A DNA stretch of 64,000 nt from Dehalococcoidia bacterium (GTDB lineage: Bacteria > Chloroflexota > Dehalococcoidia > SM23-28-2 > RBG-16-64-32), in assembly GCA_963665775.2 (NCBI GenBank), contig CAXXTF010000001.1, positions 192,001-256,000 of the forward strand, given 5' to 3'. How positions within the stretch are numbered: position 1 is the stretch's first letter; every line of letters begins with the position of its first letter. This document shows, in pieces, positions 42,617-52,406 of the stretch. The notes beneath the pieces are model-generated. The model was not told where the DNA came from and ran no database searches. It worked only from the letters and a program-made list of their open reading frames with translations. The translations under genes were made by a program, and so were the position numbers.

Positions 42617-43075
42617 ATGACTACCGAAGCAAAGCGAGAGCAGCGTTACTGGGACGACGTAAACGAGGGTGACGAGGTGCCCGGCTTCGAGCGACCCGTC
42701 ACGCCCACCCAGATCGCCCTCCAGGTCAGCGGATCACAGGACTTCTACGAAGTCCACCACGACCAGGAGTTCGCCCGCGCCGGCGGCCACCCGGACATCT
42801 TCGTCAACACCGGTTTTACGACGGCCTGCTTCGGCCGGCTCCTTAGCTCCTTCGTCGGCGAAGCGGGGTGGGTCAAGAAGTTTCACATGGAGATGCGACG
42901 CATGAACCACCCCGGCGATGTGATGAAGCTCACCGGTAAGGTGATCCGCAAGTACACCGAGGGAGATGAGCACCTGCTGGAGCTGGAGATCTGGTCGGAG
43001 AACGAGCGGATAGGGGTGACCACGCCCTCCACCGCCACCGTCCTCCTACCCTCTCGCCGGCAGGCCACAAGCTAG
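42617..43075 (+). CDS. MaoC-like hydratase subunit (copy 1)
   Basis: WDDVNEGD and D-x4-HHD-x-x-FA motif. Confidence 0.85.
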   Translation: MTTEAKREQRYWDDVNEGDEVPGFERPVTPTQIALQVSGSQDFYEVHHDQEFARAGGHPDIFVNTGFTTACFGRLLSSFVGEAGWVKKFHMEMRRMNHPGDVMKLTGKVIRKYTEGDEHLLELEIWSENERIGVTTPSTATVLLPSRRQATS

Positions 43076-43121
43076 CGAAAGAGAACGGATAAGCGGCAAG
43101 GAGATTCAGGGAGAGAGCATC

Positions 43122-43676
43122 ATGGCAGACAAGACCCCCGAAGATATACTGGAAGATGCGCGCAAGTTCATAGGCATCGAATCGCAGACGGTGGCCAGCC
43201 GCTACGCGGTGGAGTACGACCCCATACGGCGCTACTGCCACATGGTGGACGACGACAATCCCCTGTTCCTCGACCCGGAGTACGCTGCCACCACCGAATT
43301 CGGATCGGTCGTAGCGCCTCCCTTCTTTATCCGCCAGACGGCCGGGCCGGGCCCCTGGCCGCCGCGGACGGAGGAGGTTCCCGGCGTCCTGGCGCAGGTA
43401 CCGTCTCCCGGGGACCGTACCATCAACCTCAACACGGAGTTCGAGTGCTACAAGCCGATCAAGGTGGGCGACCGCATCAGCCATAAGCAACGGCTTGTGG
43501 ACATCTACATCAAGGCGATCCGGCTGGATCCCAAGTCCTTCTGGACCGTATATGACACCATCTACACCAATCAGGACGGCGAGGTGGTCCTGGTCATGCG
43601 TAATACCCTGTGCCGCCATCGCACTCCGGAAGAGGTCAAGGCCGCCGGAGATGCTCCAGAGACGAGCAGCAGCTAG
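43122..43676 (+). CDS. MaoC-N/FAS1-like hotdog dehydratase subunit (copy 2)
   Basis: Close paralog of 42052-42594. Confidence 0.85.
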   Translation: MADKTPEDILEDARKFIGIESQTVASRYAVEYDPIRRYCHMVDDDNPLFLDPEYAATTEFGSVVAPPFFIRQTAGPGPWPPRTEEVPGVLAQVPSPGDRTINLNTEFECYKPIKVGDRISHKQRLVDIYIKAIRLDPKSFWTVYDTIYTNQDGEVVLVMRNTLCRHRTPEEVKAAGDAPETSSS

Positions 43677-43698
43677 CCAAGAGAGGGTGGACGAAACC

Positions 43699-44142
43699 AT
43701 GACTACCGAAGTGAAGCGAGAGCAGCGGTACTGGGACGATGTAAACGAGGGCGATGAGATCCCCGGCTTCGAGCTAGCCATCACCGCCACGCGGATCGCG
43801 CTGCATGTTTCGGGATCGCAGGACTACAACCCGGTGCACCACGACCAAGAGTTCGCCCGCTCCAGCGGCCATCCGGATGTCTTCGTCAACACCGGCTTTA
43901 TGACGGCCAGCTTCGGCCGGCTCCTCAGCTCCTACGTCGGAAACAAGGGATGGATCAAGAAGTTCCATATGGAAATGCGACGCATGAACCACCCCGGCGA
44001 TGTGATGAAGCTCATGGGAAAGGTGGTCCGCAAGTACACCGAAGGGGATGAGCACCTGCTGGAGCTGGAGATCTGGGTGGAGAACCAGCGCATTGGCGTG
44101 ACCACGCCCTCCACCGCCACCGTCCGCCTCCCGTCCCGTTAG
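43699..44142 (+). CDS. MaoC-like hydratase subunit (copy 2)
   Basis: DYNPVHHD motif; close paralog of 42617-43075. Confidence 0.85.
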   Translation: MTTEVKREQRYWDDVNEGDEIPGFELAITATRIALHVSGSQDYNPVHHDQEFARSSGHPDVFVNTGFMTASFGRLLSSYVGNKGWIKKFHMEMRRMNHPGDVMKLMGKVVRKYTEGDEHLLELEIWVENQRIGVTTPSTATVRLPSR

Positions 44143-44225
44143 CGGAGGCGAACGTGGAGTACGGGATGATAGTTGGCTGCCTGTTGAGACATTCAGCCCT
44201 GGGCTGGCGAAGGAGATAGATAGCA

Positions 44226-45398
44226 GTGGAATTCGGGTGGACCAAGGAAGACGAGGCCTTCAGGGAAGAGGTGCGGGGCTTCATTAAAGAGGTTCTGCCG
44301 GCGGACTGGAGCGGCCTCGGCGGCGAGAGCAGCGAGAACCTGGCCTTCTCCCGCGCGGTCGAGCGCAAGCTGGGGGACCGAAGGTGGTTGGTGCTGGCCT
44401 GGCCCAAGGAGTACGGCGGCCTGGGCGCTACCCACTGGCAGCAGCTCATCTTCAAGGAGGAGGGGAGCTACAACCGGCTGCCGGGGATGGGCAACCTGGG
44501 GATCAACGTCATCGGTCCCAGCATCATGATCTACGGCAACGATGAGCAGAAGGAGAAGTATCTGCCCGGCATCGCCAGCGGGGAGATCCACTTCTGTCAG
44601 ATGTTCACGGAGCCGGGCGCCGGCTCGGACCTGGGCGGCCTCACGACCCGCGCCACCAGGGACGGCGATTTCTACATCATCAACGGCCAGAAGACCTTCA
44701 CCAGCGGCGCCCATCAGGCCGACTACGGCTGGCTGGCGGCGCGCACCGATCCCGACGCCCCCAAGCACAAGGGCGTCAGCACGTTCGTCATCCCCACAGA
44801 CCTCCCCGGGATAACGATCACCCCCCAGATCAACGTCATGGGGGAGCACCACCAGAACCACATCTTCTTCGATAACGTCCGGCTGCCCCGAGAGCAGCTC
44901 GTCGGCGTCGAGAACCGTGGCTTCTACCAGGTGATGACCACCCTCGACTTCGAGCGGTCCGGCGTCGAGCGCTGGGCCGGTGGGAGACGCCTGCTGGACG
45001 ACCTGGTGTCGTACGTGATCAGCGAGCGTGGAAGTAAGGGGGTAGCCGCCCTGCCATCCGGTGTTCGCGACAAGCTGGCCGAGGCCGCGATCACCGCCGA
45101 GGCCGGCCGCTATATCTGCTACCGCATAACCCACATGCAGAGCCAGGGCATGATCCCCAACAAGGAAGCGTCCATGTCGAAGGTGCTTAACGCGCACTTC
45201 TACCAAGGGATAGCGAATCTGGGGGTCAACGTCCTGGGGATGTACGGCCCGCTGCATGGCGATTCCAAATGGGCGAAGCTGCGCGGCCTCTTCGAGTACC
45301 AGATCCTCTCTACCATCCCAACCACTATCTCCGGCGGCAGCGTAGAGATAAACCGCAACATCATCGCCAACCGTGGTCTGGAGCTACCGCGGCAATGA
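44226..45398 (+). CDS. Acyl-CoA dehydrogenase
   Basis: TEPGAGSDL, NGQKTFTS, LDFER and GGSVEI-x-RNII motifs. Confidence 0.93.
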   Translation: MEFGWTKEDEAFREEVRGFIKEVLPADWSGLGGESSENLAFSRAVERKLGDRRWLVLAWPKEYGGLGATHWQQLIFKEEGSYNRLPGMGNLGINVIGPSIMIYGNDEQKEKYLPGIASGEIHFCQMFTEPGAGSDLGGLTTRATRDGDFYIINGQKTFTSGAHQADYGWLAARTDPDAPKHKGVSTFVIPTDLPGITITPQINVMGEHHQNHIFFDNVRLPREQLVGVENRGFYQVMTTLDFERSGVERWAGGRRLLDDLVSYVISERGSKGVAALPSGVRDKLAEAAITAEAGRYICYRITHMQSQGMIPNKEASMSKVLNAHFYQGIANLGVNVLGMYGPLHGDSKWAKLRGLFEYQILSTIPTTISGGSVEINRNIIANRGLELPRQ

Positions 45399-45438
45399 GC
45401 CGCTCTCTGCCCGGAATGGCGTTACTGAAGGAGGCCGT

Positions 45439-46635
45439 GTGCCGGTACTAGACGGAGTGAAGATACTGGACCTGTCGCAGCATATGCCCGGGCACCACTG
45501 CACGCTGCTTCTCGGCGATATGGGTGCGGACATCCTGAAGATAGAGGCCCCGACGATGCCCAGCAGAGGCGGCCTCTCCGCCCGCCGCGAGGCTCCGCCC
45601 GAAGAACGGAAGCGATCGCAGGCGTACGATGCGCTGGGCCGTAACAAGCGGAGCATCGGCCTTAACCTGAAGGAGGAGCGGGGGAAGGAGATCTTCTATA
45701 AGCTCGCACGGGAAACGGATGTGGTGCTGGAGGGGTTCCGGCCGGGCGTGGTCAAGCGGCTTGGGGTGGACTACGGGACGATATCGAAGCTGAACCCCCG
45801 CCTCGTTTACGCTTCGATAAGCGGCTACGGCCAAGACGGGCCTTACAGCCAGCTGGCCGGGCACGACATCAACTACATCGCCCAGAGCGGCACCCTGAAC
45901 ATCATCGGCCCGGACCGGGATGGGCCGCCCGCCATACCGATGAACTTTCTGGCAGACCTGGCCGGAGGCGGAACTACAGCCGCCCTGGGTATCGTGGCTG
46001 CCCTGTTCCACCGCGAGCAAAGCGGCCGCGGGCAGTTCATCGATATCAGCATGGCCGAGGGCGCCATGCAGCTGACCTCGGCCATGCTGAGCGGCTTCTT
46101 GGGATCCGGGCGGCTGCCGGTCCGGGGCGGGGAATCGTTCAGCGGCAACGTCGTCTACTACAACGTGTATCAATGCAAGGACGACAAGTGGATCAGCATC
46201 GGCTGTATCGAGCCGTATTTCTACGAGAGCTTCTGCCGCGAGCTGGGACGGGAGGACTGGCTCCCCCATCAACACGCGGAGCCGGAGAAGCAGGCCGAAA
46301 TGATCACGGCGGCCCGGGAGATCTTCCGGACGCGCACCCGGGACGAGTGGCACGAAGCCCTCAACCAGCATGACCTGTGCGCCATGCGCATCCTGGATGC
46401 CGCCGAGATAGTGGCGGACCCCCACGTCCGGGCGCGAGAGATGATCATCGAGCTGCAGCACCCGGAGATGGGGCCCGTAAAGCAGATAGGGTCCGCCCTG
46501 AAGTTCTCGGAGGGCCAGTCGCCGTTCCGTTTCTTCGCCCCCGGCAAGGGCCAGAATACCGACGAGGTTCTGGCGGAGTTGGGATACGGCGCGGAGCCGA
46601 TCGCCGCCCTGCGCGCCGACGGCGTGGTGGTCTGA
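45439..46635 (+). CDS. CaiB/BaiF family III CoA-transferase / racemase-like
   Basis: GADILKIE, RNKRS, EGFRPGV, GHDINY and ADLAGG motifs. Confidence 0.92.
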   Translation: MPVLDGVKILDLSQHMPGHHCTLLLGDMGADILKIEAPTMPSRGGLSARREAPPEERKRSQAYDALGRNKRSIGLNLKEERGKEIFYKLARETDVVLEGFRPGVVKRLGVDYGTISKLNPRLVYASISGYGQDGPYSQLAGHDINYIAQSGTLNIIGPDRDGPPAIPMNFLADLAGGGTTAALGIVAALFHREQSGRGQFIDISMAEGAMQLTSAMLSGFLGSGRLPVRGGESFSGNVVYYNVYQCKDDKWISIGCIEPYFYESFCRELGREDWLPHQHAEPEKQAEMITAAREIFRTRTRDEWHEALNQHDLCAMRILDAAEIVADPHVRAREMIIELQHPEMGPVKQIGSALKFSEGQSPFRFFAPGKGQNTDEVLAELGYGAEPIAALRADGVVV

Positions 46636-46732
46636 TGGCAGGAGTTACCTATTCATAGCGAAAACGGCTAAGCAGAGGACCAGGATCAAACCGTCAAAAG
46701 CGAACAAACCATAGATGGAGGTACACCAGAAA

Positions 46733-47902
46733 ATGGCTTGGGAAGCACGAGATAAGGCCTGTATCGTAGGCATCGGGGAGACGGAATACACCAAATGGGG
46801 AGGGATTAAGGACAGGTCCGAGTTCCAGTTAGCCTGCGAGGCGATCCTCAAAGCCCTGGACGATGCGGGCCTTACCACTGACGAACTGGACGGCTTCTCT
46901 TCCTACTCCAGCGACCGCAACTCTGGCGTCGATCTTGCCGCTGCCCTTGGGGTTCCGCAGCTTCGATTCGCGTCAATCCTGACGATGGGCGGCGGCGGCG
47001 GCGGCGCGGCCGCCATAATGAACGCAGTCCTGGCCGTAACTACCGGGACGGCTAATGTGGTGGCCTGTTACCGTTCTCTCTGCCAGGGGCAGTTCGGCCG
47101 CTTCGGTCAGAGCCGCGCTGCGGGCGCCGTCGCCGGCGGCCCCGCGTTCACAGCCCCCTTTGGCTTGATGAGCCCGCCGGGAAGCTACGGTATACGGGCT
47201 CGCCGCTATATGCATGAGTACGGTATTACCAGCGAGCAGTTCGGTCACATCTCGGTAGCCTCATACAAGCACGCCCAGACCAACCCGCGGGCGGTGATGT
47301 ACGGACGGCCCATCACCCTCAAGGACCATCAGGAATCGCGCATCATCGTCGATCCCCTGCACCTATTCGACTGCTGCCAGGAGAACGACGGCGCTGCCGC
47401 CGTTATCGTCACTTCGGCAGAGCGAGCAAAGAACCTGAAGCAGCGCCCGGTATACATCATGGGCGCCGCCCAGGGCAGCGGCTTCCGCTCCCAGGTGGCT
47501 GCCGGCAACCGTCCCGACTTCGTCTCTTCCACCTTCACCACGGTGGCCAAAGACCTCTATGACCGGGCGGGCGTGGGCCCTAAAGATATCGATGTGGCCC
47601 AGATCTACGAGAACTTCACCCCAATGAGCATGATGTCTATCGAGGAGCACGGGTTCTGCAAGCGGGGTGAGGGTGGCGCCTTCGTCGAGAACGGACGCAT
47701 CGAGTGGCCGGACGGCGAGTTGCCCATCAACACCAGCGGCGGCAACCTGGCCGAGGCCTATATCCACGGCTTCGAGCTCTACACCGAGGGCGCCCGACAG
47801 ATGCGCGGCACCTCCACCTGCCAGGTGGAGAACGCCCAGATCTGCCTCTGCGCCGCCGGTCCCGGTACTGAGTACGCCAGCGACGTGATTCTGCGGCGTT
47901 AG
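46733..47902 (+). CDS. SCP2-thiolase-like (Ltp2-type) aldolase
   Basis: Thiolase fold with GGGGG in place of the catalytic Cys; DCC-x-E-x-DG, YENFT and GGNLAEAYIHG motifs. Confidence 0.85.
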   Translation: MAWEARDKACIVGIGETEYTKWGGIKDRSEFQLACEAILKALDDAGLTTDELDGFSSYSSDRNSGVDLAAALGVPQLRFASILTMGGGGGGAAAIMNAVLAVTTGTANVVACYRSLCQGQFGRFGQSRAAGAVAGGPAFTAPFGLMSPPGSYGIRARRYMHEYGITSEQFGHISVASYKHAQTNPRAVMYGRPITLKDHQESRIIVDPLHLFDCCQENDGAAAVIVTSAERAKNLKQRPVYIMGAAQGSGFRSQVAAGNRPDFVSSTFTTVAKDLYDRAGVGPKDIDVAQIYENFTPMSMMSIEEHGFCKRGEGGAFVENGRIEWPDGELPINTSGGNLAEAYIHGFELYTEGARQMRGTSTCQVENAQICLCAAGPGTEYASDVILRR

Positions 47903-47945
47903 CGGTTTACTGATAACGTAATGCGTCATAAGGGAGGATAAACCG

Positions 47946-48368
47946 ATGGCCTATTTCCCCGACGGGATGCCAGTGCCTGACGCCACGATGGACACGCAGG
48001 AGTTCTGGGATCACTGCAAGCAAGAGGAGTTGCGCATCCAGCGCTGCAACCGCTGCTGGACGTACCGCTTCCCACCGTCACCCGTCTGCCACAACTGCCA
48101 CTCCTTCGAGTATGAGTGGGTGAAATCGCGCGGTGAGGCCCGCGTCTATAGCTACGTCATCGTGCATCATCCCCCGCACCCGGCCGTGCGTGAGGTAGTG
48201 CCCTACAACGTAGCGATAATCGAGCTGGACGACTGTGGGCAGACAAGGTTCACGAGTAACATCGTGGACTGCCCCAACGAAGAGGTGAAGGTTGGCTTGC
48301 CCGTGGAGCTGGTCTGGGAATCAGCAAGTCCCGAGATCAACCTGTACCGCTTCCGCCCCCGTAAGTAG
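47946..48368 (+). CDS. DUF35 zinc-ribbon/OB-fold protein
   Basis: QRC-x-x-C...PP-x-x-x-C-x-x-C motif and an OB fold. Confidence 0.9.
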   Translation: MAYFPDGMPVPDATMDTQEFWDHCKQEELRIQRCNRCWTYRFPPSPVCHNCHSFEYEWVKSRGEARVYSYVIVHHPPHPAVREVVPYNVAIIELDDCGQTRFTSNIVDCPNEEVKVGLPVELVWESASPEINLYRFRPRK

Positions 48369-48405
48369 CATCTAGGCCGGTCAGCTGCCCTGCCGCGCCA
48401 GCCGG

Positions 48406-49833
48406 TCAGGCGCCTCCCGGCGAGAGCGGGGCAGCTACCGACGGCAGCCGCCGGTGCCACCGGGTCGCCTGCTCGTAAGCGCGAGCGACCCGCAGCACCG
48501 CTCCCTCCTCGAACCAGCGGCCCACCAGCTGCAATCCCACCGGGAGACCGGCCCTCGTGAAGCCACACGGCACCGAGACGGCGGGCAGACCGGCCACATT
48601 GAAGGGATTGGTGAGGCGCACCAGCGCCATCGTGGTCCGCAGATCGCTCGCCTCGATAGGGGGCGCCGGGATGGCCGTCGTCGGCGTGGCCAGGATATCG
48701 ATCTTCCGAAACAGCCCCGTCCGCCACTCCTGCACGATGCGCTCGCGCAGCCGCTGAGCCTGCTCGTAGCTCGCGGCTGATGACGCTCGCCCCATCTCCA
48801 GCCGCTGCCGCACATCGTCGCCGTAGTCCTGGGGACGCTCCTCCAGCCAGGCCTGGTGATAGGCGAACGCCTCCGGAAGCATAATATCTCTCGCCGCCGC
48901 CGGCATCTCGGAGATGTGGGGCAACGAGACTTCCTCCACCTCCGCCCCCAGCTCCGCCAGCACGCGTAGGGCTTCCTGTACCGCCGCCAGCACCTCTCCA
49001 TCTGCATCCTCGAAGAAGGGCCGGCGGGGCAGCCCCACTCGCGTCCCATCCAGCCCTCGATCCCGCCGCAGCTCCCGGCGGTAGTCCGGCACGGGCTCAT
49101 CGAGGGACGAATCGTCCTTGGGGTCCCTCCCGGCGATGGCGGCCAGGACGATAGCGGCATCCTCTACGGTGCGGGTCAAAGGCCCCACGTGATCCAGAGA
49201 CGAGCTCAACGGTACTACGCCCCAGCGGCTCACCCGGCCATACGTCGGCTTAAACCCCACGATGCCGCACAGGGCCGCCGGGATGCGGACAGAGCCACCG
49301 GTATCGGTCCCCAGGGCGGCGAAGCACTCGCCTGAGGCCACGGCGACCGCCGAGCCGGAGCTGGAGCCACCCGCGATACGGCTAGTATCCCAGGGGTTGC
49401 GGGCCGGGCCGTAGTGCGGATTCACCCCCGTGGCGCCAAAGGCGAACTCGTGCAGGTTCAGCTTGCCGAGAACCACCGCCCCGGCCGCCCGCAGCCGCGC
49501 CGTCGCCTCGGCGTCCTCTCCGGGCACACGGTCGGCCATGATCCTGGAGCCGGCCGTTGTGCGCACCCCCTTTGTGGCGAACATATCTTTAAGGGCCACC
49601 GGTACACCGTGCAGAGGCCCCCTGTAGCGTCCCCGGGCGATCTCCTGGGCCGCCCGTCGCGCCTCCTCTAGCGCCTCTTTCCGGGTCACCGTAATGAAAG
49701 CGTTCAGCGCGGCGTCCACCCGATCGATGCGCTCCAGACAGGCCTCCGTCAGCTCCAGCGGCGACAGCTCCCGGCGGCGGATCATCTCCCCCGCCCGGGC
49801 CAGGGAGAGCTGGGTCAGCTCGGCACCGCTCAT
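48406..49833 (-). CDS. Amidase-signature family amidase
   Basis: KD, GGSSSGSA and GTDTGGSVR motifs. Confidence 0.92.
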   Translation of the reverse strand: MSGAELTQLSLARAGEMIRRRELSPLELTEACLERIDRVDAALNAFITVTRKEALEEARRAAQEIARGRYRGPLHGVPVALKDMFATKGVRTTAGSRIMADRVPGEDAEATARLRAAGAVVLGKLNLHEFAFGATGVNPHYGPARNPWDTSRIAGGSSSGSAVAVASGECFAALGTDTGGSVRIPAALCGIVGFKPTYGRVSRWGVVPLSSSLDHVGPLTRTVEDAAIVLAAIAGRDPKDDSSLDEPVPDYRRELRRDRGLDGTRVGLPRRPFFEDADGEVLAAVQEALRVLAELGAEVEEVSLPHISEMPAAARDIMLPEAFAYHQAWLEERPQDYGDDVRQRLEMGRASSAASYEQAQRLRERIVQEWRTGLFRKIDILATPTTAIPAPPIEASDLRTTMALVRLTNPFNVAGLPAVSVPCGFTRAGLPVGLQLVGRWFEEGAVLRVARAYEQATRWHRRLPSVAAPLSPGGA

Positions 49834-50011
49834 CGCGCAGGCACCCTCCTTCTTGACACCCGTCACAGGCGTTTTGGCTAATGCCACTCTAGCAACGGGC
49901 CGGCGGGTGTCAAGAAGGGGCCCCCAGCCACCTGACTGATTACCTGAATATACACTTGACAACGACGCTCCAACCCGCTAGCTTTCAGGGTGATTCATAA
50001 GGAGGATTCGT

Positions 50012-50593
50012 ATGCCGACAGAGGAAATGGTGGCCCGGCTCAGGCGGGCCCTCTCCCTGGACCAGTCAGCCTTCGAGGAGGTGCGGGACGACGCCTCCTT
50101 CACGGCCTTTGTCGCCGGGCTAGCAGCGGTAGTGATCCTAGTAGCAGGGCTGGGCGCCTGGCTCTATGGCGAAGTGGTCCAGGACTTCACGTCGGACGGT
50201 TACTTCGTCGACACGGTGATCCTGGGTTCCATATTCACGATCTTCCTCTGGCTCGCCGGCGTGGCCGTGATCTACACCGTCCTTACCCGGTTCTACGACG
50301 AGACGATGCGCCCTGATGCCCTGTTCAGGGTCTGCGCTGTGGGGTTTCTGCCCTTCGTGATTGGCGCCCTCGTCTTCATACCGGAGATCGGCTTCGGGTT
50401 CGGTTTCCTGTCCGCCGCCTTCGTGTTCTACCTGACCGTCTTCGGATTGGGCGCGGCCTTCTCCGTCAGCCCGATGCACGCCGTCGTGGCCACCGCGGCC
50501 GGCTTCGCCGTATTGGGAATGATTCTACCCCTGATAACCGGATTCGACAACAGCTATGTCACGGGCATCTTCGTATACAGCCTGTTAGACTGA
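50012..50593 (+). CDS. Yip1-like membrane protein
   Basis: Five TM segments; AGGAGG RBS. Confidence 0.65.
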   Translation: MPTEEMVARLRRALSLDQSAFEEVRDDASFTAFVAGLAAVVILVAGLGAWLYGEVVQDFTSDGYFVDTVILGSIFTIFLWLAGVAVIYTVLTRFYDETMRPDALFRVCAVGFLPFVIGALVFIPEIGFGFGFLSAAFVFYLTVFGLGAAFSVSPMHAVVATAAGFAVLGMILPLITGFDNSYVTGIFVYSLLD

Positions 50594-50653
50594 TCCAGAC
50601 CGGACCTGAGCTGCCTCGCCGGGCGCGCCCGGGATCCCTGGCCGTCAGGTCTC

Positions 50654-51052
50654 CTAGCCCGCCCTGATCTCCTCCTCGCTCACCGCGCCGTCCAGGATGC
50701 GGAAGGCCCTGACAATAGGCCTCTCCGCGTCCTGAAGCGATATCAGGACGTAATACGCCTCCGGCCAGAAGGCCAGCCTTACGTCCGTCGACGAGGGGTA
50801 CGCCTCGCTGGCGGTGTGGGAGTGGTAGATGACCAGGAACTCCCAGTCGTTCTCCTCGCACTCGCGGTAGATGCGGAACAGGTCCTCGGTATCGACGTTA
50901 TAGCGGAACGGGCTGGCCTCGGCATTCCGCGCCTGGAACAGCTTCGTCGCCAGACCGTCCTTGCCGGCGATAATGCCACAGCACTCGTTGGGCGCTTCTG
51001 CCTGCGCCTGGGCGGCAATGTCGTCGATGATCTGCTTGGGAAGCGTCAGCAT
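50654..51052 (-). CDS. mec: JAB/M67 metallopeptidase (Mec+-like sulfur-carrier peptidase)
   Basis: PNECCG and YHSH-x4-AYPS-x-TD JAMM motif; next to cysM and a carrier gene. Confidence 0.9.
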   Translation of the reverse strand: MLTLPKQIIDDIAAQAQAEAPNECCGIIAGKDGLATKLFQARNAEASPFRYNVDTEDLFRIYRECEENDWEFLVIYHSHTASEAYPSSTDVRLAFWPEAYYVLISLQDAERPIVRAFRILDGAVSEEEIRAG

Positions 51053-51155
51053 GGCGTTATCGCCGCCTCAGCCGTTCCAGATACGGCAGACCGGTATCCT
51101 GACACCCTGACGTCTGCTTCGCCTCCACAGCGGATACGAGGGTGCGGCCACTCAC

Positions 51156-52097
51156 CTACCACCAGATCTTCTCCTCCACGCCGGCAGACTTCATCTCCTC
51201 GTATTCCTTCGTCCACAAGCTGGTCGAGAGATACTTCCAGCCCCCATCCGCCAACAGCACAACGATGTTCCCGCGCTCCATTCGCTCCGCCACCCGGAGG
51301 GCAGTACGAACGGCCGCGCCGGAGGAGATGCCGGCGAAGATCGCCTCCTTCTCCATCAGCTCCTTCACCACAGCGAAGGAGGACTGGGAGTCCACAACTA
51401 TGCGCCCGTCCAGCACCGACTCGTCCAGGATGGGCGGAATGAACCCATCCTCCAGACTACGCAGCCCCTGCACCAGATCCCCCGGGTGAGGAACGGCGGC
51501 GATGATCTTCACGTTCGGGAGCCGCTCTTTCAGGTAGCGACCGACGCCGGTAAGGGTGCCGCCGGTGCCCAGCCCAGCCACGAAGGCGTCTACCTGCGAC
51601 AGCTCCCGCAATATCTCCGGGCCGGTCGTCTCGTAGTGGGACCGGGGGTTATTCTCGTTGCCATACTGGTACGGCATGTAGTAACGCTCAGGCTCCTCGG
51701 CCGCCATTCGCTGGGCCAGGAAGATAGCGTCGTTAGTGCTCCGCGCCCCTTTCGCGTACACCACATCGGCGCCGAAGGCGCGCAGCAGCTGCTCCCGCTC
51801 CGGCGTCAGGATATCCGGCAGAACGCAGAGGAGCCGGTACCCCTTGACCCGCGCCACCATGGCCAGGCTGATGCCGGTGTTACCACTCGTCGGTTCCAGG
51901 ATCGTCTTGTCGGGGGTCAGCTCGCCGCTCTCCTCCGCGGCCCGAAGCATGTAGAGGGCGATCCGATCCTTCAGGCTGCCGGTGGGGTTGTGACCCTCCA
52001 GCTTGCCGTAGATGTTAACCTCCGGCTTCGGGCTCATCCGCTGCAAACGCACGAGCGGCGTGTTACCGATGGCGTCCAGGATGGAGTCGTAGGGCAC
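51156..52097 (-). CDS. cysM: Sulfur-carrier-dependent cysteine synthase (CysM-like)
   Basis: NPTGSLKDR, TSGNTG, GTGGT and ADGGWKYLS motifs; aromatic C-terminal tail. Confidence 0.88.
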   Translation of the reverse strand: MPYDSILDAIGNTPLVRLQRMSPKPEVNIYGKLEGHNPTGSLKDRIALYMLRAAEESGELTPDKTILEPTSGNTGISLAMVARVKGYRLLCVLPDILTPEREQLLRAFGADVVYAKGARSTNDAIFLAQRMAAEEPERYYMPYQYGNENNPRSHYETTGPEILRELSQVDAFVAGLGTGGTLTGVGRYLKERLPNVKIIAAVPHPGDLVQGLRSLEDGFIPPILDESVLDGRIVVDSQSSFAVVKELMEKEAIFAGISSGAAVRTALRVAERMERGNIVVLLADGGWKYLSTSLWTKEYEEMKSAGVEEKIWW

Positions 52098-52116
52098 GGC
52101 TATACGATCATAGCGG

Positions 52117-52395
52117 TCAGCGGCGCCCGCCCGCCAGCGCCGGCAGGATGGAGAGCACGTCGCCCTCGCTCAGGGGTGTATCCATCTGGCGCAGGAAGCG
52201 GATGTCCTCATCGTTCAGGTAGATGTTCACGAAGCGATGGATATGGCCGTTGCTCTCCAGCTTCTCCTTGAACCCCGGGTAGCTGCTCTCCAGGTTATCC
52301 AACAGCTCGCGAACCGTTGAGCCCTCGATCTGGACGGAGCGCTGGCCGTTCACCAGGTCCCGGAGGTTTGCCGTTATCTGCACCTTTACTGTCAT
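52117..52395 (-). CDS. MoaD/ThiS-family sulfur carrier (CysO-like)
   Basis: RFVNIYLN-x-EDIRF; ends ALAGG-RR. Confidence 0.9.
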   Translation of the reverse strand: MTVKVQITANLRDLVNGQRSVQIEGSTVRELLDNLESSYPGFKEKLESNGHIHRFVNIYLNDEDIRFLRQMDTPLSEGDVLSILPALAGGRR

Positions 52396-52406
52396 TCCAT
52401 CCCCTC

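Noticed and set aside
48406-49833. Amidase as GatA
   Set aside because: No gatB or gatC is adjacent, and GatA-specific segments are not evident.
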